Shown piece by piece: positions 1 through 9,867 of a stretch of 64,000 nucleotides of DNA. The stretch's first letter is position 1. Each line of letters opens with the position of its first letter. The stretch lies in sequence record MH383160; one strand, 5' to 3'. A model generated the notes under the pieces. That model was given only the letters and a program-made list of their open reading frames with translations. It made no database searches and was not told the origin of the DNA. The translations under genes and the position numbers were made by a program. Source of the stretch: Escherichia phage UB.

Positions 1-52
1 ATTCATAAATTGTGTATGCCATCATCTATTCTCTCTTATAATATTAGTACTT

Positions 53-646
53 TTAATATTTTAAAACATCAAACTCTTCGCTTACGCTTGTTACATTATC
101 ACTAACAATTTTAAAAATTGATTTGATACGTTCGTGTAGTGGTTTTTTAGATTCGTTCTCAACTTCAATATATGCTTGCATTGCTGCAATTGCATGATAT
201 GTCCCACTACCTACTGCGGTAATTCTTGTTTTAGGTTGTAGTACTGAAAAGTCTTCTTGAACTTCATAGATTGTATGATTGTGGAGAATGATAAATTGTC
301 CACCACCTACATCTTGTGATGCATCTCGTGCACCCCATTCTTCTTTAAACATTTGACGAATAATTGGAATAACTTTAAGAACCAAATATTGTGAAAATGT
401 TTGACTAGCATCTTGTTCAGGTAAATTAAGGTTATAATTTAACAACTGACCCATACGAAATGATGTAGTATAACCCAATGCCATTACTTCTTTAGTTCTA
501 GTTAGTCCATCATCATGTAACTTGATAAATTCTTTCTCGAATACCTTTGGCTCAGTTTGAACAGTTTTTGTAAATCCATTGCTTCCTAACTTATCCCCAG
601 CAATAAAAGAACTTACTCCGTCAGTGTGTGCAATAATACAGGTCAT
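53..646 (-). CDS. HslV-like / proteasome beta-like Ntn-hydrolase peptidase
   Basis: Track ORF 53..715; internal ATG at about 646 gives N-terminus M-TCIIAHTDGVSSFIAGD with Thr directly after Met (N-terminal nucleophile position); ITAVGSGTYHAIAAMQAY resembles the HslV GSGG-x-A-x-AA segment; ATG overlaps stop of upstream ORF (ATGA). Confidence 0.65.
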   Translation of the reverse strand: MTCIIAHTDGVSSFIAGDKLGSNGFTKTVQTEPKVFEKEFIKLHDDGLTRTKEVMALGYTTSFRMGQLLNYNLNLPEQDASQTFSQYLVLKVIPIIRQMFKEEWGARDASQDVGGGQFIILHNHTIYEVQEDFSVLQPKTRITAVGSGTYHAIAAMQAYIEVENESKKPLHERIKSIFKIVSDNVTSVSEEFDVLKY

Positions 647-903
647 AAAATAGCTCCAATTGCAAATAATGTTGTGTATAAGATATAAATTAGTGCTCCT
701 AACAACATTAGGCACACCAAGTATGAAGTTGATAGTACATAATAAATTATTGCTTCGAATTTTGAATTGAACTTCATTGTAGTTGGATCAATAAAGCCAT
801 TACGATAATCTTTGTAAATGAAAACTGTTAGAAAAAGTACTGTAGCATACATTACTACAGTAGCATAAAAAATAATAGATGTCAAGTTTTGGATGTTTGT
901 CAT
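643..903 (-). CDS. small membrane protein, two predicted TM helices
   Basis: 86 aa ORF; two long hydrophobic stretches (SIIFYATVVMYATVLFLTVFIY and LVCLMLLGALIYILYTTLFAIGAIL); stop overlaps start of downstream peptidase gene. Confidence 0.5.
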   Translation of the reverse strand: MTNIQNLTSIIFYATVVMYATVLFLTVFIYKDYRNGFIDPTTMKFNSKFEAIIYYVLSTSYLVCLMLLGALIYILYTTLFAIGAIL

Positions 904-973
904 AGTTATATAATCTCAATATAATTAATAACAAAGGAAGTACATCATAATCATCCTGTTATTTTAATTATTT

Positions 974-1597
974 TTATTGTTTGACTGAACCGTAAAAAAC
1001 CAGTTCTGGTTTTGTTAATATTACAACATCTTCACCACGAGAACGACTAACTCTAAATAGAACTTCTGGTGGGATTCCATTTGCTGCATATAGTGAAAAA
1101 AGGAAACCTACCTTTGTTGCCATTTCTTCGGTAAAAGTTGATAGCTGTCTTACAGACACAAATGAATTATCACCATCAGTAACATTACTTTTAATCGAAA
1201 TGTTATGAAGACCCAGTACTGAGCGATTTGTCATATATCGCTTTTCGGGAGATACACTAAAGAATACCACAGTACATGCTGAGTTGCAATACCTAGAAAC
1301 AATTAAATTTATACCATTGTCTCTAACGAAGTTTGCCATTTTAATCCCAGCATCAAAATCACCACCAGGAGATGTAATTGTGATGGTATCATAGTGTTCT
1401 TTATCATACAACTCTATCATACGCTTGAGTGACCCATCTGTAATATCTGATATGAAATATACATTTCGGGTTTCAGGATTATACTTTATCACATTTTTAC
1501 TTTCAATACCAGCACTAGCTGGAAAATTTATTAACAATAGAAACATTGCTGCTTGTACCACTTCAAGCCATAGTCTTTTCATATAACAAGTCCTCAA
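974..1597 (-). CDS. secreted ClpP-fold serine protease-like protein
   Basis: N-terminal signal-peptide-like segment (LLLINFPASAG); TITITSPGGDFDAG resembles ClpP/SppA SPGG motif; candidate Ser in CNSACT and His in GLHN. Confidence 0.55.
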   Translation of the reverse strand: MRTCYMKRLWLEVVQAAMFLLLINFPASAGIESKNVIKYNPETRNVYFISDITDGSLKRMIELYDKEHYDTITITSPGGDFDAGIKMANFVRDNGINLIVSRYCNSACTVVFFSVSPEKRYMTNRSVLGLHNISIKSNVTDGDNSFVSVRQLSTFTEEMATKVGFLFSLYAANGIPPEVLFRVSRSRGEDVVILTKPELVFYGSVKQ

Positions 1598-1808
1598 TTT
1601 TGTTTAGGAAGATATAAATAATATAGTACTTAAACACTTAAGTCAAACTTTTTCTGTACTTAACTCAAATTTTTAAAAATAAAACTTAAGGTGTACAGTT
1701 TATAACAGATCATATCATACCACTGATGTTTTGTCAACTAGTTCATGGTGCATCTGATGTAAAAAAACAAATATATTTCATACTTATATTTAAAAAAGGA
1801 AATAAAAT

Positions 1809-2186
1809 ATGAAAGCTATCGCAGCACAAGGTAAACTACCATTCAATATCGGCGGGTTTTGTGTAACCGCAGCTAATATAAACGGTGAATTGAAATATAA
1901 CTTGAACATCTTTAATCAACGTTCTAGTTGTGTTTACGATCTCATTGATACTGATTTTAATGTTTATCGTTTTGTAACTATCACTAGTTATGATAAAGAT
2001 AAAATTAGATTAGATGCATCTAAAACAGCATTGGAAATTGCACCAACTCTAGCCAAAAACACTTTTTGTATTAAGATTGACGATAGTGCATTTGCCGAAT
2101 CATTCCAGTTTCATAAAATTAAATTGAGTACTGGTGCGATGAAATATCACCCTTGGGATTTGTATTATTGTAACCTCCCTGGTTAA
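1809..2186 (+). CDS. hypothetical protein (only convincing plus-strand gene)
   Basis: 125 aa ORF in a gap between minus-strand genes; aagga RBS-like sequence about 8 nt upstream of ATG; followed immediately by a strong hairpin terminator. Confidence 0.5.
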   Translation: MKAIAAQGKLPFNIGGFCVTAANINGELKYNLNIFNQRSSCVYDLIDTDFNVYRFVTITSYDKDKIRLDASKTALEIAPTLAKNTFCIKIDDSAFAESFQFHKIKLSTGAMKYHPWDLYYCNLPG

Positions 2187-2218
2187 CAAAAAAGGAGCCA
2201 TACGGCTCCTTTTTTTTA
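2187..2218. terminator. bidirectional rho-independent terminator
   Basis: A-run, GGAGCC-ATAC-GGCTCC perfect 6-bp stem hairpin, then T8 run; sits between convergent genes 1809..2186(+) and 2216..2473(-). Confidence 0.7.
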
Positions 2219-2473
2219 TTCTACAGTATTAAGCTTCTGACAAATCATATCAGCTTCTACTCGGTCTTTATAATAAATGGTAAATCCAAATCTACTTGTT
2301 ACCCTTTTCTCACTACGGTGTATACAGTTTACAATATAGTACTTATTATTTTGTGCAGAAAAACGAACTTCATAATTTCGAAAAGAAGTATTAGGTTCAT
2401 CCATAGCAACTATATATAACATAAAAATAAAAAACACTGTTATTAGAAAAGCAATAATAATTATTACTGTCAT
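2216..2473 (-). CDS. small membrane protein
   Basis: 85 aa ORF with hydrophobic N-terminus (MTVIIIIAFLITVFFIFMLYIVAM). Confidence 0.45.
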   Translation of the reverse strand: MTVIIIIAFLITVFFIFMLYIVAMDEPNTSFRNYEVRFSAQNNKYYIVNCIHRSEKRVTSRFGFTIYYKDRVEADMICQKLNTVE

Positions 2474-2961
2474 TTATCAAGACCCTTATCATAAATGCAA
2501 TTAACAATAATTCCAGCATCTTCCAGTACTTTAATAGCTTCTGGTGGTGTACGAGGATAATTTTTGAGATAAATTACACGTGAAATCCCACTACCTGCAA
2601 TCAACTTAGAACAAGTATAACATGGTTGTAGTGTTGTGTAAAGAGTAGCACCTTGACGTTCAGTAGGAGAACTATAGAGTAAAGCGTTCATTTCAGCATG
2701 GATTTCATGAATATTACTCCACTCATGATGTTCATGCTTTGCTTCATCACTAACCCAGTCTTGAAAACGTCCATCATTGACTAAGTGTTGATTCACATCA
2801 CAACAATTTGGTTGTTTTGATGGAGTACCATTGTATCCAGTACTCAATACTCGATTATTTTTGACAATAACACAACCAACTTTTTGTGAAATACATTTAC
2901 TTTCCTCAGCAACTACTTCTGCTATCTTCAACCAAGTCGTATGTTTCATTATAAGCTCCAA
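2470..2961 (-). CDS. cd: dCMP deaminase (deoxycytidylate deaminase)
   Basis: Cytidine/deoxycytidylate deaminase zinc motifs H-A-E-x-N-A (IHAEMNALL) and P-C-x-x-C (LQPCYTCSK); overall colinear with T4 Cd as recalled (ESKC, STGYNG, CCD segments). Confidence 0.9.
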   Translation of the reverse strand: MELIMKHTTWLKIAEVVAEESKCISQKVGCVIVKNNRVLSTGYNGTPSKQPNCCDVNQHLVNDGRFQDWVSDEAKHEHHEWSNIHEIHAEMNALLYSSPTERQGATLYTTLQPCYTCSKLIAGSGISRVIYLKNYPRTPPEAIKVLEDAGIIVNCIYDKGLDK

Positions 2962-3430
2962 TACTTAACAATGCGTTTTTACACAAATCATGAATTTTCA
3001 TAACTCGAATATAGTTTAACACATCTGTTTCATTAATTTCAAATGGTTTATCTGCATATGTAGACCACGTTTGATTTAATTCAATAACAAATGTAATTTT
3101 ATCTGTATCCATAATATTATCACAAAATCTACGAAAATCTTGCTCTTCATCGGAAAGTCTGAAATTTAAATCATTTTTTAAACCATTAACTGTGAAGCAA
3201 ATACCAGTACTGTAACCGATGCAAATATCTTCAATATCATATAATCCATAAATTAATTTAGAGATAAACGTGCTATATTTGTTTCTATGATAATAGTTTA
3301 ATATTTCTTGTTTAATATTAATTTCAATATCAGTAGTTTTTTGTAATGTAAGTTTAATTAATTCTAATGTCTTGATTATGTTATCTAACCAGATATTAGT
3401 ATCATCTATACTTAGGTGTGTGTATTTCAT
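2906..3430 (-). CDS. hypothetical protein
   Basis: 174 aa minus-strand ORF in tight tandem arrangement; no motif recognised. Confidence 0.5.
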   Translation of the reverse strand: MKYTHLSIDDTNIWLDNIIKTLELIKLTLQKTTDIEINIKQEILNYYHRNKYSTFISKLIYGLYDIEDICIGYSTGICFTVNGLKNDLNFRLSDEEQDFRRFCDNIMDTDKITFVIELNQTWSTYADKPFEINETDVLNYIRVMKIHDLCKNALLSIGAYNETYDLVEDSRSSC

Positions 3431-3956
3431 TATGTCCCTCTAGATTCCAATCATCAACGAGTTTAGAACAAACTTCCATATGATTATAGTACTTTTCATC
3501 CAATACATACGGTTTATTATGATATTGTCGTACATCAGTGAATATATCATAATTTCTATATATGAATGACATATTTTTATGCATTAATTCTATAGTTTTC
3601 CAAATTTTCTCAATATCATATAGAATTGTTTCTAATGACAAACCTGTTAACTTGGAAATTCTTTCAACTTTAAACCCTGATAACATCATAGTACTATTGT
3701 GTTTAGTTAAGTAACTATATCCAATAGAACTATGTATTAACTCAATACTATCAGTATATGTGATTGTTTTTAGAAATGATTTTATATTTCTATTTAACCA
3801 ATACCACTTTTTGTTTTTATTATAACATCTATACCATTTCTTCAATATATCAATTGCTTCAGAATTAATTTTTAAAGCAAATTCATCAATTAAAAACATA
3901 TGATGGTAAAAAATATCACTTTGTTCTTCAGTTAAATTATATTGCTGCATATTCAC
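3402..3956 (-). CDS. hypothetical protein
   Basis: 184 aa minus-strand ORF; no motif recognised. Confidence 0.5.
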   Translation of the reverse strand: MNMQQYNLTEEQSDIFYHHMFLIDEFALKINSEAIDILKKWYRCYNKNKKWYWLNRNIKSFLKTITYTDSIELIHSSIGYSYLTKHNSTMMLSGFKVERISKLTGLSLETILYDIEKIWKTIELMHKNMSFIYRNYDIFTDVRQYHNKPYVLDEKYYNHMEVCSKLVDDWNLEGHNEIHTPKYR

Positions 3957-4074
3957 CTACCCTAGTAACAATGATTCCTTGGGTATTTAGCTCATATAGA
4001 TCAAAATATGATCAATGGAAATTGATATACAGCAATAAAAATAGGAATCCATGATAGGATTCCTTTTCACGATA

Positions 4075-4521
4075 TTATTTTTGATATGGGGTGTACTGAT
4101 ATTTTTCACAATCAGCGACAGTTAGAACACCTTCATCATAACCATATTGAAGTACAAGGTCAAATGCTTTATCAACCATAGCAACAACATCTTTATAACG
4201 AACAATCTTATGAGATTGATTCTCAACTGCTTTCATAATCCCCATTAGCAACCAGCGACCTTCATCGGTGTGTAATTTAGCAAAGCGTGGACGCTTTGTC
4301 GCTGCCATAATATCAGTCCATTCAGCTTTAAAAATGTGTGGACGTTTTGGAATATCATATAGTGTAGTAGGAAAAGTTACATTATTTTTCTTCATTGCTT
4401 CTGCTTGTGCTGCACGATAGCCCTGACGATATAATGGATGCTGCATTTTTAGCTGTTCAGCACTTAGAACTACTTTTGCTTTGTATGCGTCATAACCATC
4501 TTTATATTGTGCATTGGACAT
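4075..4521 (-). CDS. hypothetical protein
   Basis: 148 aa minus-strand ORF; no motif recognised. Confidence 0.5.
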   Translation of the reverse strand: MSNAQYKDGYDAYKAKVVLSAEQLKMQHPLYRQGYRAAQAEAMKKNNVTFPTTLYDIPKRPHIFKAEWTDIMAATKRPRFAKLHTDEGRWLLMGIMKAVENQSHKIVRYKDVVAMVDKAFDLVLQYGYDEGVLTVADCEKYQYTPYQK

Positions 4522-4522
4522 A

Positions 4523-4840
4523 TTATTCTTTTACCTCATCAGTTTGAATGTATTTTTTGTCAGAGAATGTACCGTGTTCTTTACGCACAGCTTCTGCATG
4601 TTGAACCGCATCAACTGGATTAATGTTCTTTTTAATTAGTACTTCCTTCATTAATTCAAGTACAATTGCAAAACCATTCAGCACACGCTCAGATTCATCT
4701 ACATTTTTTAATTCAAGTGCTACTGCACTAATTTGATCGAACGCAACATTAATAAAATCGGAATCTTCTAATACATTTGCTACTTCCGTATTATTACGTA
4801 CTAGTACTTTCATATAATCTCCACAAAGATGATGCCCCAT
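4523..4840 (-). CDS. hypothetical protein
   Basis: 105 aa ORF immediately upstream of and abutting 4075..4521. Confidence 0.5.
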   Translation of the reverse strand: MGHHLCGDYMKVLVRNNTEVANVLEDSDFINVAFDQISAVALELKNVDESERVLNGFAIVLELMKEVLIKKNINPVDAVQHAEAVRKEHGTFSDKKYIQTDEVKE

Positions 4841-4861
4841 ATTGAGGCATCAAAATCTATC

Positions 4862-5557
4862 TTACACCCACTCTTCCACGCCACCGCGACGCTTAACTAA
4901 GTACTTACCTTCTTCATTGCGTGGCCCAAGAATAATACCATCGATGAAACCATGTTCACCATATTCAAGAGCTTCTTCTGCATTTAACCACAAATCACGG
5001 TCTGCATCTTTAAGTAGTTGTTCGTGTGTTACACCAACTGCTTCTGCAATTTCTTTAGTCAATAGAGTGTTTAGGGCATCAGAATGTTTAAGTGAAATCT
5101 TCTGGTCAGTAATTAGACCTTGTGTACCAGAACTTACTTGGTGACACATGAAATAAGAACGCTTACCACCTAAACGGAAACCTTTAGTGCCAATTACAGA
5201 TTGTGTATAGCAACCCATTGATGCTGCATAGCCCATTACTACAGTGCGAATTGGAGAAATACAAGACTTAGCAACATCTGCAATACCCAAACCTGCGTGT
5301 ACTGAACCACCCGGTGAACTAATGTAGAATGTAATAGGGGAATCACCTTGTGAGTCTAACCATACCAATTGTTGTTTGATGATATGTGCCATTTGATCAT
5401 TGAAATCAGTATCAAGGAAAATGATACGGTCTTGCATCATACGAGATGCTAGATCATATGTACGTTCTGAACCATTAACTTTCTCAACTACGTAAGGAAT
5501 AGAAATGTTACGTACTTCGCCATTAGCATAACCACCAAACATGAATTGTTCAACCAT
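4862..5557 (-). CDS. clpP: ATP-dependent Clp protease proteolytic subunit (ClpP) homologue
   Basis: Canonical ClpP segments: YISSPGGSV, MGYAASMG (catalytic Ser), MCHQ (His), DADRD (Asp); colinear with bacterial ClpP as recalled. Confidence 0.85.
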   Translation of the reverse strand: MVEQFMFGGYANGEVRNISIPYVVEKVNGSERTYDLASRMMQDRIIFLDTDFNDQMAHIIKQQLVWLDSQGDSPITFYISSPGGSVHAGLGIADVAKSCISPIRTVVMGYAASMGCYTQSVIGTKGFRLGGKRSYFMCHQVSSGTQGLITDQKISLKHSDALNTLLTKEIAEAVGVTHEQLLKDADRDLWLNAEEALEYGEHGFIDGIILGPRNEEGKYLVKRRGGVEEWV

Positions 5558-5621
5558 TATTTATTTCCTCTATTATTTCGTTGTTGTGAGTATTATATCA
5601 CTAAGATTTAAAATGTCCAAA

Positions 5622-6062
5622 CTATTTTACTGGAATATTTGAAAAGAAATCAGTCATCCAATACGCCGTCTCTTTGTTGAATAATACTGGATCAAACTTA
5701 AGTAACTCAACATGACTTGTATCATACACGCTTGTATCGGTAATGTCAAACAAAGTTTTAGTACTGAATAGTGGATTACTCACTAGAAAGTAGTAATCAG
5801 CAGTAGTGCTAATGTCATCATAAAACACACCGTCATACCATCCATCATCATATACATAAACAGAATCGTCATGAAGATAGTAAACTTCTATATGTAAACT
5901 CAAGTTCTTCATGGTTTCAATCATTTTTGCCGTATGAGGATTTAACTTATTGACATTTTCAAAAACATAAGAGTGTTTTTTATTCATATCAACAAATGAA
6001 AATATTCGTACTGAACGTATATTCATATTACTCCAAATAAACAAGTGAATTAATGAAATCAT
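5622..6062 (-). CDS. hypothetical protein
   Basis: 146 aa minus-strand ORF. Confidence 0.45.
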   Translation of the reverse strand: MISLIHLFIWSNMNIRSVRIFSFVDMNKKHSYVFENVNKLNPHTAKMIETMKNLSLHIEVYYLHDDSVYVYDDGWYDGVFYDDISTTADYYFLVSNPLFSTKTLFDITDTSVYDTSHVELLKFDPVLFNKETAYWMTDFFSNIPVK

Positions 6063-6411
6063 ATTTCAATTTATCATCAACATAATTCAAATCAACTTTA
6101 ATCATCGGAGCATGGGAACGTATAGACAGTGTTTCCATAAAGTACTGATTAAGTTTGTATGTATGGAAAAGATGAATATCTCGTTTCAACACCACCATTA
6201 CTTCCCCGAACAGATCACAGAGTTCAACTTCAGTGTTAGTTGGGTCAAACCCATAACGATTCTTTAATGTACGTGGTTCTTTATTTCGATAATAATGCAC
6301 AGCTTTATTACTATTCACTAACAAGTGATGATATGCATTACTATAAACTGAGCAAATAACTCGGCTTGGATAATTGGTATATTCTGGTAGTTCAAAATAA
6401 ATTAATGACAC
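6028..6411 (-). CDS. hypothetical protein
   Basis: 127 aa minus-strand ORF. Confidence 0.45.
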   Translation of the reverse strand: MSLIYFELPEYTNYPSRVICSVYSNAYHHLLVNSNKAVHYYRNKEPRTLKNRYGFDPTNTEVELCDLFGEVMVVLKRDIHLFHTYKLNQYFMETLSIRSHAPMIKVDLNYVDDKLKYDFINSLVYLE

Positions 6412-6423
6412 AATATCCTCTCA

Positions 6424-7215
6424 TTAAATTTCAAATACAAATTTAGGATTGTAATCAAAATTCTCACAAGCTCCACTGTATGATTCATAGCCTCGTGGAT
6501 TACAAATGATACGTGTCTTACCAATGTGGTAGTCAAAGCTACTATGAACATGACCATGAATCCAAACATCAGCACCCAAATCTTCAATGTACTGATCCAT
6601 ATCGGAACAGTAACAACCATTCAGTGAATCATTTTTATATTTTGGTGAAACACTTTGATAACTTGGTGCGTGATGGGTAACCACGATGACCTTGAAATCA
6701 TTATCATGCATAAAGCGAACTGTGTCAATAGAATTTTTGATAAATTGTTTATCTTTGTGATGCATAAACTCAGTATCATCTGGTGTCAGTTTCTTACGCC
6801 AAGGCTCTGATGTTGTTCCATGACGGATATGTTTGTAATCGTTCATCTTCTGACGAGCATCAAACTTCGTCAAAGAATTACCTTTATCGAAGTCTGTCCA
6901 CAGAGTACTACCAACAAGCAGTACTCCATCCAGCCATACAAATTTGTTTTGCAAAAAGATGAAATTTGGAATCTCATCTTGTATATCGGACAGTACTTGG
7001 TGCGTCTTGTGAATGTTTGAACCGTAATATTCATGGTTACCTGGAACCAGTACTACATTCTTAAACTGCTTACACAGGGATTCAATGCCAGTACGATAAC
7101 GACTACGTTTAACTTCATCAAAATCCCCAGCAATAATCAGTACTGTATCACTGTAATCACCACTATGGAGGTAATCAGTACCACCGTGTACGTCAGACGT
7201 TACAACAAATTTCAT
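6424..7215 (-). CDS. calcineurin-like metallophosphoesterase
   Basis: Metallophosphatase signature blocks: SDVHGG (D-x-H), GDFD, GNHE, VTHHAP, GHVH. Confidence 0.75.
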   Translation of the reverse strand: MKFVVTSDVHGGTDYLHSGDYSDTVLIIAGDFDEVKRSRYRTGIESLCKQFKNVVLVPGNHEYYGSNIHKTHQVLSDIQDEIPNFIFLQNKFVWLDGVLLVGSTLWTDFDKGNSLTKFDARQKMNDYKHIRHGTTSEPWRKKLTPDDTEFMHHKDKQFIKNSIDTVRFMHDNDFKVIVVTHHAPSYQSVSPKYKNDSLNGCYCSDMDQYIEDLGADVWIHGHVHSSFDYHIGKTRIICNPRGYESYSGACENFDYNPKFVFEI

Positions 7216-7234
7216 AATTACCTCCTATAAGTGT

Positions 7235-8653
7235 TTAGCCAAGTGATTCAATGATACTGTTTGAGAACACCTCAACAGCACTATCACGAATTTCTAAAAT
7301 ACGAGTATAGTCGTCACAAGTGTTTTTGTCAAATCTAAATTCAATAAACACTGGTAAGAACAGTGATGGCTCACCAGTACGCTTGTCGAATACAATGTCA
7401 TTACACTCAACTGTAACCACTTTACCAATAAGTTCTTGCATTCTTTCCCAAATGGTTTTAAAGGTCCATTCAGCATCTTTCTCTTTGATACCAGTACCCA
7501 CATTAACTTTCAATGAACCACAAGCACTTTCCAGTTGTAAAGAACCTAGGCTTCCTTTACGTTTACCTTCACCTTCATTGAAACCAACAATACGCAAGTC
7601 TAGTTGCATTTTCAATTTCATTTTCAACTGCTTCGGAGAAGTGTGAGATTTCCAGATACCATCTTCACATTTCAGTACTGAACCCTCTTCACCTTCGTTC
7701 ATTAGTTCACTATTGTACTCAAATGCTTCTTTGATGTTTAGAACTTTACGGAATCTAACCATACGAACAAAATCACTATTGAGTTCGTTAATTGCATCTA
7801 CTAAGATCTCGCGACGTTCTTTACGTTTTACATCCCATACACCTTCACAAAATGCATCATATGGAACAACATCCCATAGAACGAATACAGTACGCATTGC
7901 TTCATTCTGACTGATGCTATCTTTACCAGCTTTCTGAATTATACCGTTGCCAGTAGTGCGTGGGAGAATGGTTTCTCCATCATTGTCCAGTACTACACCT
8001 TCCCCCATAAAGACCACACCACTACTAAAACGTTCATCTTTACTTTGGATGATGTGAGCAAGACCTGCCATCTCACCATCACGACAACCCAGGAAGTCGT
8101 ATAGTTTACCATTACGGGATGTAGAAGTTAATGAACCATTAATGACAACGTGGTTCAAGTACTGACCATCCATTTTCACTTCTGATATAGCGTAACCATA
8201 ATCTTTGAAGTTGATGTTCTTTGCAGTCTTTTTGTCAATCAAAGAACAACGCATATATGGTTCGTCTTTAATAAAGCCTTTACCAAATACATCATTGCAG
8301 TTCTTTTCTTGAATACCACAATCAAGGTTTTTAGTAAGCATTTTACGGAGAACTTCCTGATCATCTTCAGATACAGAACCCAGTACTGAAGCAATGAAAT
8401 CACGCCCCGCATTTCCTGTCACATCACGCTTGTAAATGCATTCTAGCTTATCAATTGCTTCATCTAACGTCATATGTTGATATACGTCATCAGCGGCAGG
8501 GAGCTTCTTATAGCCACTAACGATAGAAGGGTCTAGAGTATATTTCAGTACTTTTTGTAAAGTTACATTATCTTTATTTTGTTCAAGAATAGCTTTTTTG
8601 CCTAGTGTACTGCTAGTATTTTTAATGCTTTCAAGAATTGCTAAAATGCTCAT
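7235..8653 (-). CDS. 30: ATP-dependent DNA ligase (T4 gene 30-like)
   Basis: Nucleotidyltransferase motif I K-x-D-G (EVKMDGQYL); N-terminal region MSILAILESIK..STLGKKAILEQNKDN closely parallels T4 DNA ligase N-terminus as recalled; 472 aa. Confidence 0.9.
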   Translation of the reverse strand: MSILAILESIKNTSSTLGKKAILEQNKDNVTLQKVLKYTLDPSIVSGYKKLPAADDVYQHMTLDEAIDKLECIYKRDVTGNAGRDFIASVLGSVSEDDQEVLRKMLTKNLDCGIQEKNCNDVFGKGFIKDEPYMRCSLIDKKTAKNINFKDYGYAISEVKMDGQYLNHVVINGSLTSTSRNGKLYDFLGCRDGEMAGLAHIIQSKDERFSSGVVFMGEGVVLDNDGETILPRTTGNGIIQKAGKDSISQNEAMRTVFVLWDVVPYDAFCEGVWDVKRKERREILVDAINELNSDFVRMVRFRKVLNIKEAFEYNSELMNEGEEGSVLKCEDGIWKSHTSPKQLKMKLKMQLDLRIVGFNEGEGKRKGSLGSLQLESACGSLKVNVGTGIKEKDAEWTFKTIWERMQELIGKVVTVECNDIVFDKRTGEPSLFLPVFIEFRFDKNTCDDYTRILEIRDSAVEVFSNSIIESLG

Positions 8654-8664
8654 TGTATATTCCT

Positions 8665-9867
8665 TTATAGATAATACTTTCCAATATAAAGTGGATTACT
8701 AATTGATAGTTGAACGTGACACGGCTTATCTTGGTAGTAACGAGAACTTGATGTTTTGCGTTCATTTGGTGGGAAGAATGGGGAACGATAGCCATTCCAT
8801 GTACTAAATGATGAGTGTTCATTAATATCAACATCCATTACCATAATCCCATTATCATCAATTTGAACTGGATATGCACTAAAGCGTTCAAATTTATCAT
8901 TATAATGGATATTATAATCTCCACTACGCCCATAATAACTACGCGTTGTATTATTACTTACACCAAAAAATACGCGATATGTTTGTTCATTATCTTTAGT
9001 CATAAATGGTACGTTCTCGTTGAAACGTCCATTATTCATAAGATCATCAACATTTATTTCTTCATATTTAATTTTTAGGTCTTTTGCTTTAAATGATTTA
9101 TTGTGTACCAGTACTGGAATGTTAGATTCACCTAATGGGTTATGTCTGTTTGTTCTATAGCTTTGCCAAAATTCATTAGCAAGTTTAATTTCTTCATCTG
9201 CCGTAGTCTTCTTATTCAAGAGTGCACGAGGTTCAAGATTGTAATTATCCAAACGTTGATTCAATGCATAAGTTCCACGAGTACTGTTAAAAAGTAAATG
9301 ATAAACTGAACTTTTGTCTGGATATGCAAATTCTTTAGTTTTCTTTATACAAATTGCATGTACTTTACCGCAGTAATAGTAATCTTCTTTAAGATAAGTG
9401 AAACCATCACCAACTTTAAGACCTGCTACAGTTTCTTTTTGTTGTTCTTTTTTATTTTCTTTTTCAACTAACTTAGCAAACGTTTTTGTTTTACCATTAA
9501 TTAATTCTAAGTTATTGTTGAAAAACATTGGGTCTACAAAAACACCTTTGATTATATCGTTATTGATAATTAAATCATTCATGTTTTTTGCACTAATCAT
9601 AAATTCAAATCCTTCTGGGTGACGGATCGTGAAATATGTTTCTCGTGCATGAGTTGTTAATTTATCAACTACACAAAATCCCGTAGTTGGAACGTTGTCA
9701 ATATATAACGATGGAAGATTGTTCTTCTTTGCCCAGTACTCTGCTCTCTCTTTCTTTGTTTCAAACGCTTTTGTATGTGATTTTGTTGCATCGATAATAA
9801 AACCATCAACTTGGTTGTGGTTTACATAGGAACGTGCAACAAATAACTTCTCTGGAAAATCCATCAA
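8665..9867 (-). CDS. hypothetical protein
   Basis: 400 aa minus-strand ORF directly downstream of ligase; no motif recognised. Confidence 0.55.
   Translation of the reverse strand: MMDFPEKLFVARSYVNHNQVDGFIIDATKSHTKAFETKKERAEYWAKKNNLPSLYIDNVPTTGFCVVDKLTTHARETYFTIRHPEGFEFMISAKNMNDLIINNDIIKGVFVDPMFFNNNLELINGKTKTFAKLVEKENKKEQQKETVAGLKVGDGFTYLKEDYYYCGKVHAICIKKTKEFAYPDKSSVYHLLFNSTRGTYALNQRLDNYNLEPRALLNKKTTADEEIKLANEFWQSYRTNRHNPLGESNIPVLVHNKSFKAKDLKIKYEEINVDDLMNNGRFNENVPFMTKDNEQTYRVFFGVSNNTTRSYYGRSGDYNIHYNDKFERFSAYPVQIDDNGIMVMDVDINEHSSFSTWNGYRSPFFPPNERKTSSSRYYQDKPCHVQLSISNPLYIGKYYL

Noticed and set aside
53-715. Track start of the first ORF at 715 (MPNVV...)
   Set aside because: It would overlap the upstream membrane-protein gene by about 70 nt; the internal ATG at about 646 yields the Thr-after-Met N-terminus expected for an Ntn-hydrolase and a 4-nt ATGA start-stop overlap.
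4842-5144. Plus-strand track ORFs nested inside long minus-strand genes (for example 4842..5144, 6820..7020, 7033..7230, 7320..7646, 15019..15372, 32503..33069, 47734..48135)
   Set aside because: They lie antisense within well-supported minus-strand genes (ClpP, phosphoesterase, ligase, pseT, array genes), lack an RBS and are low-complexity; treated as shadow ORFs.
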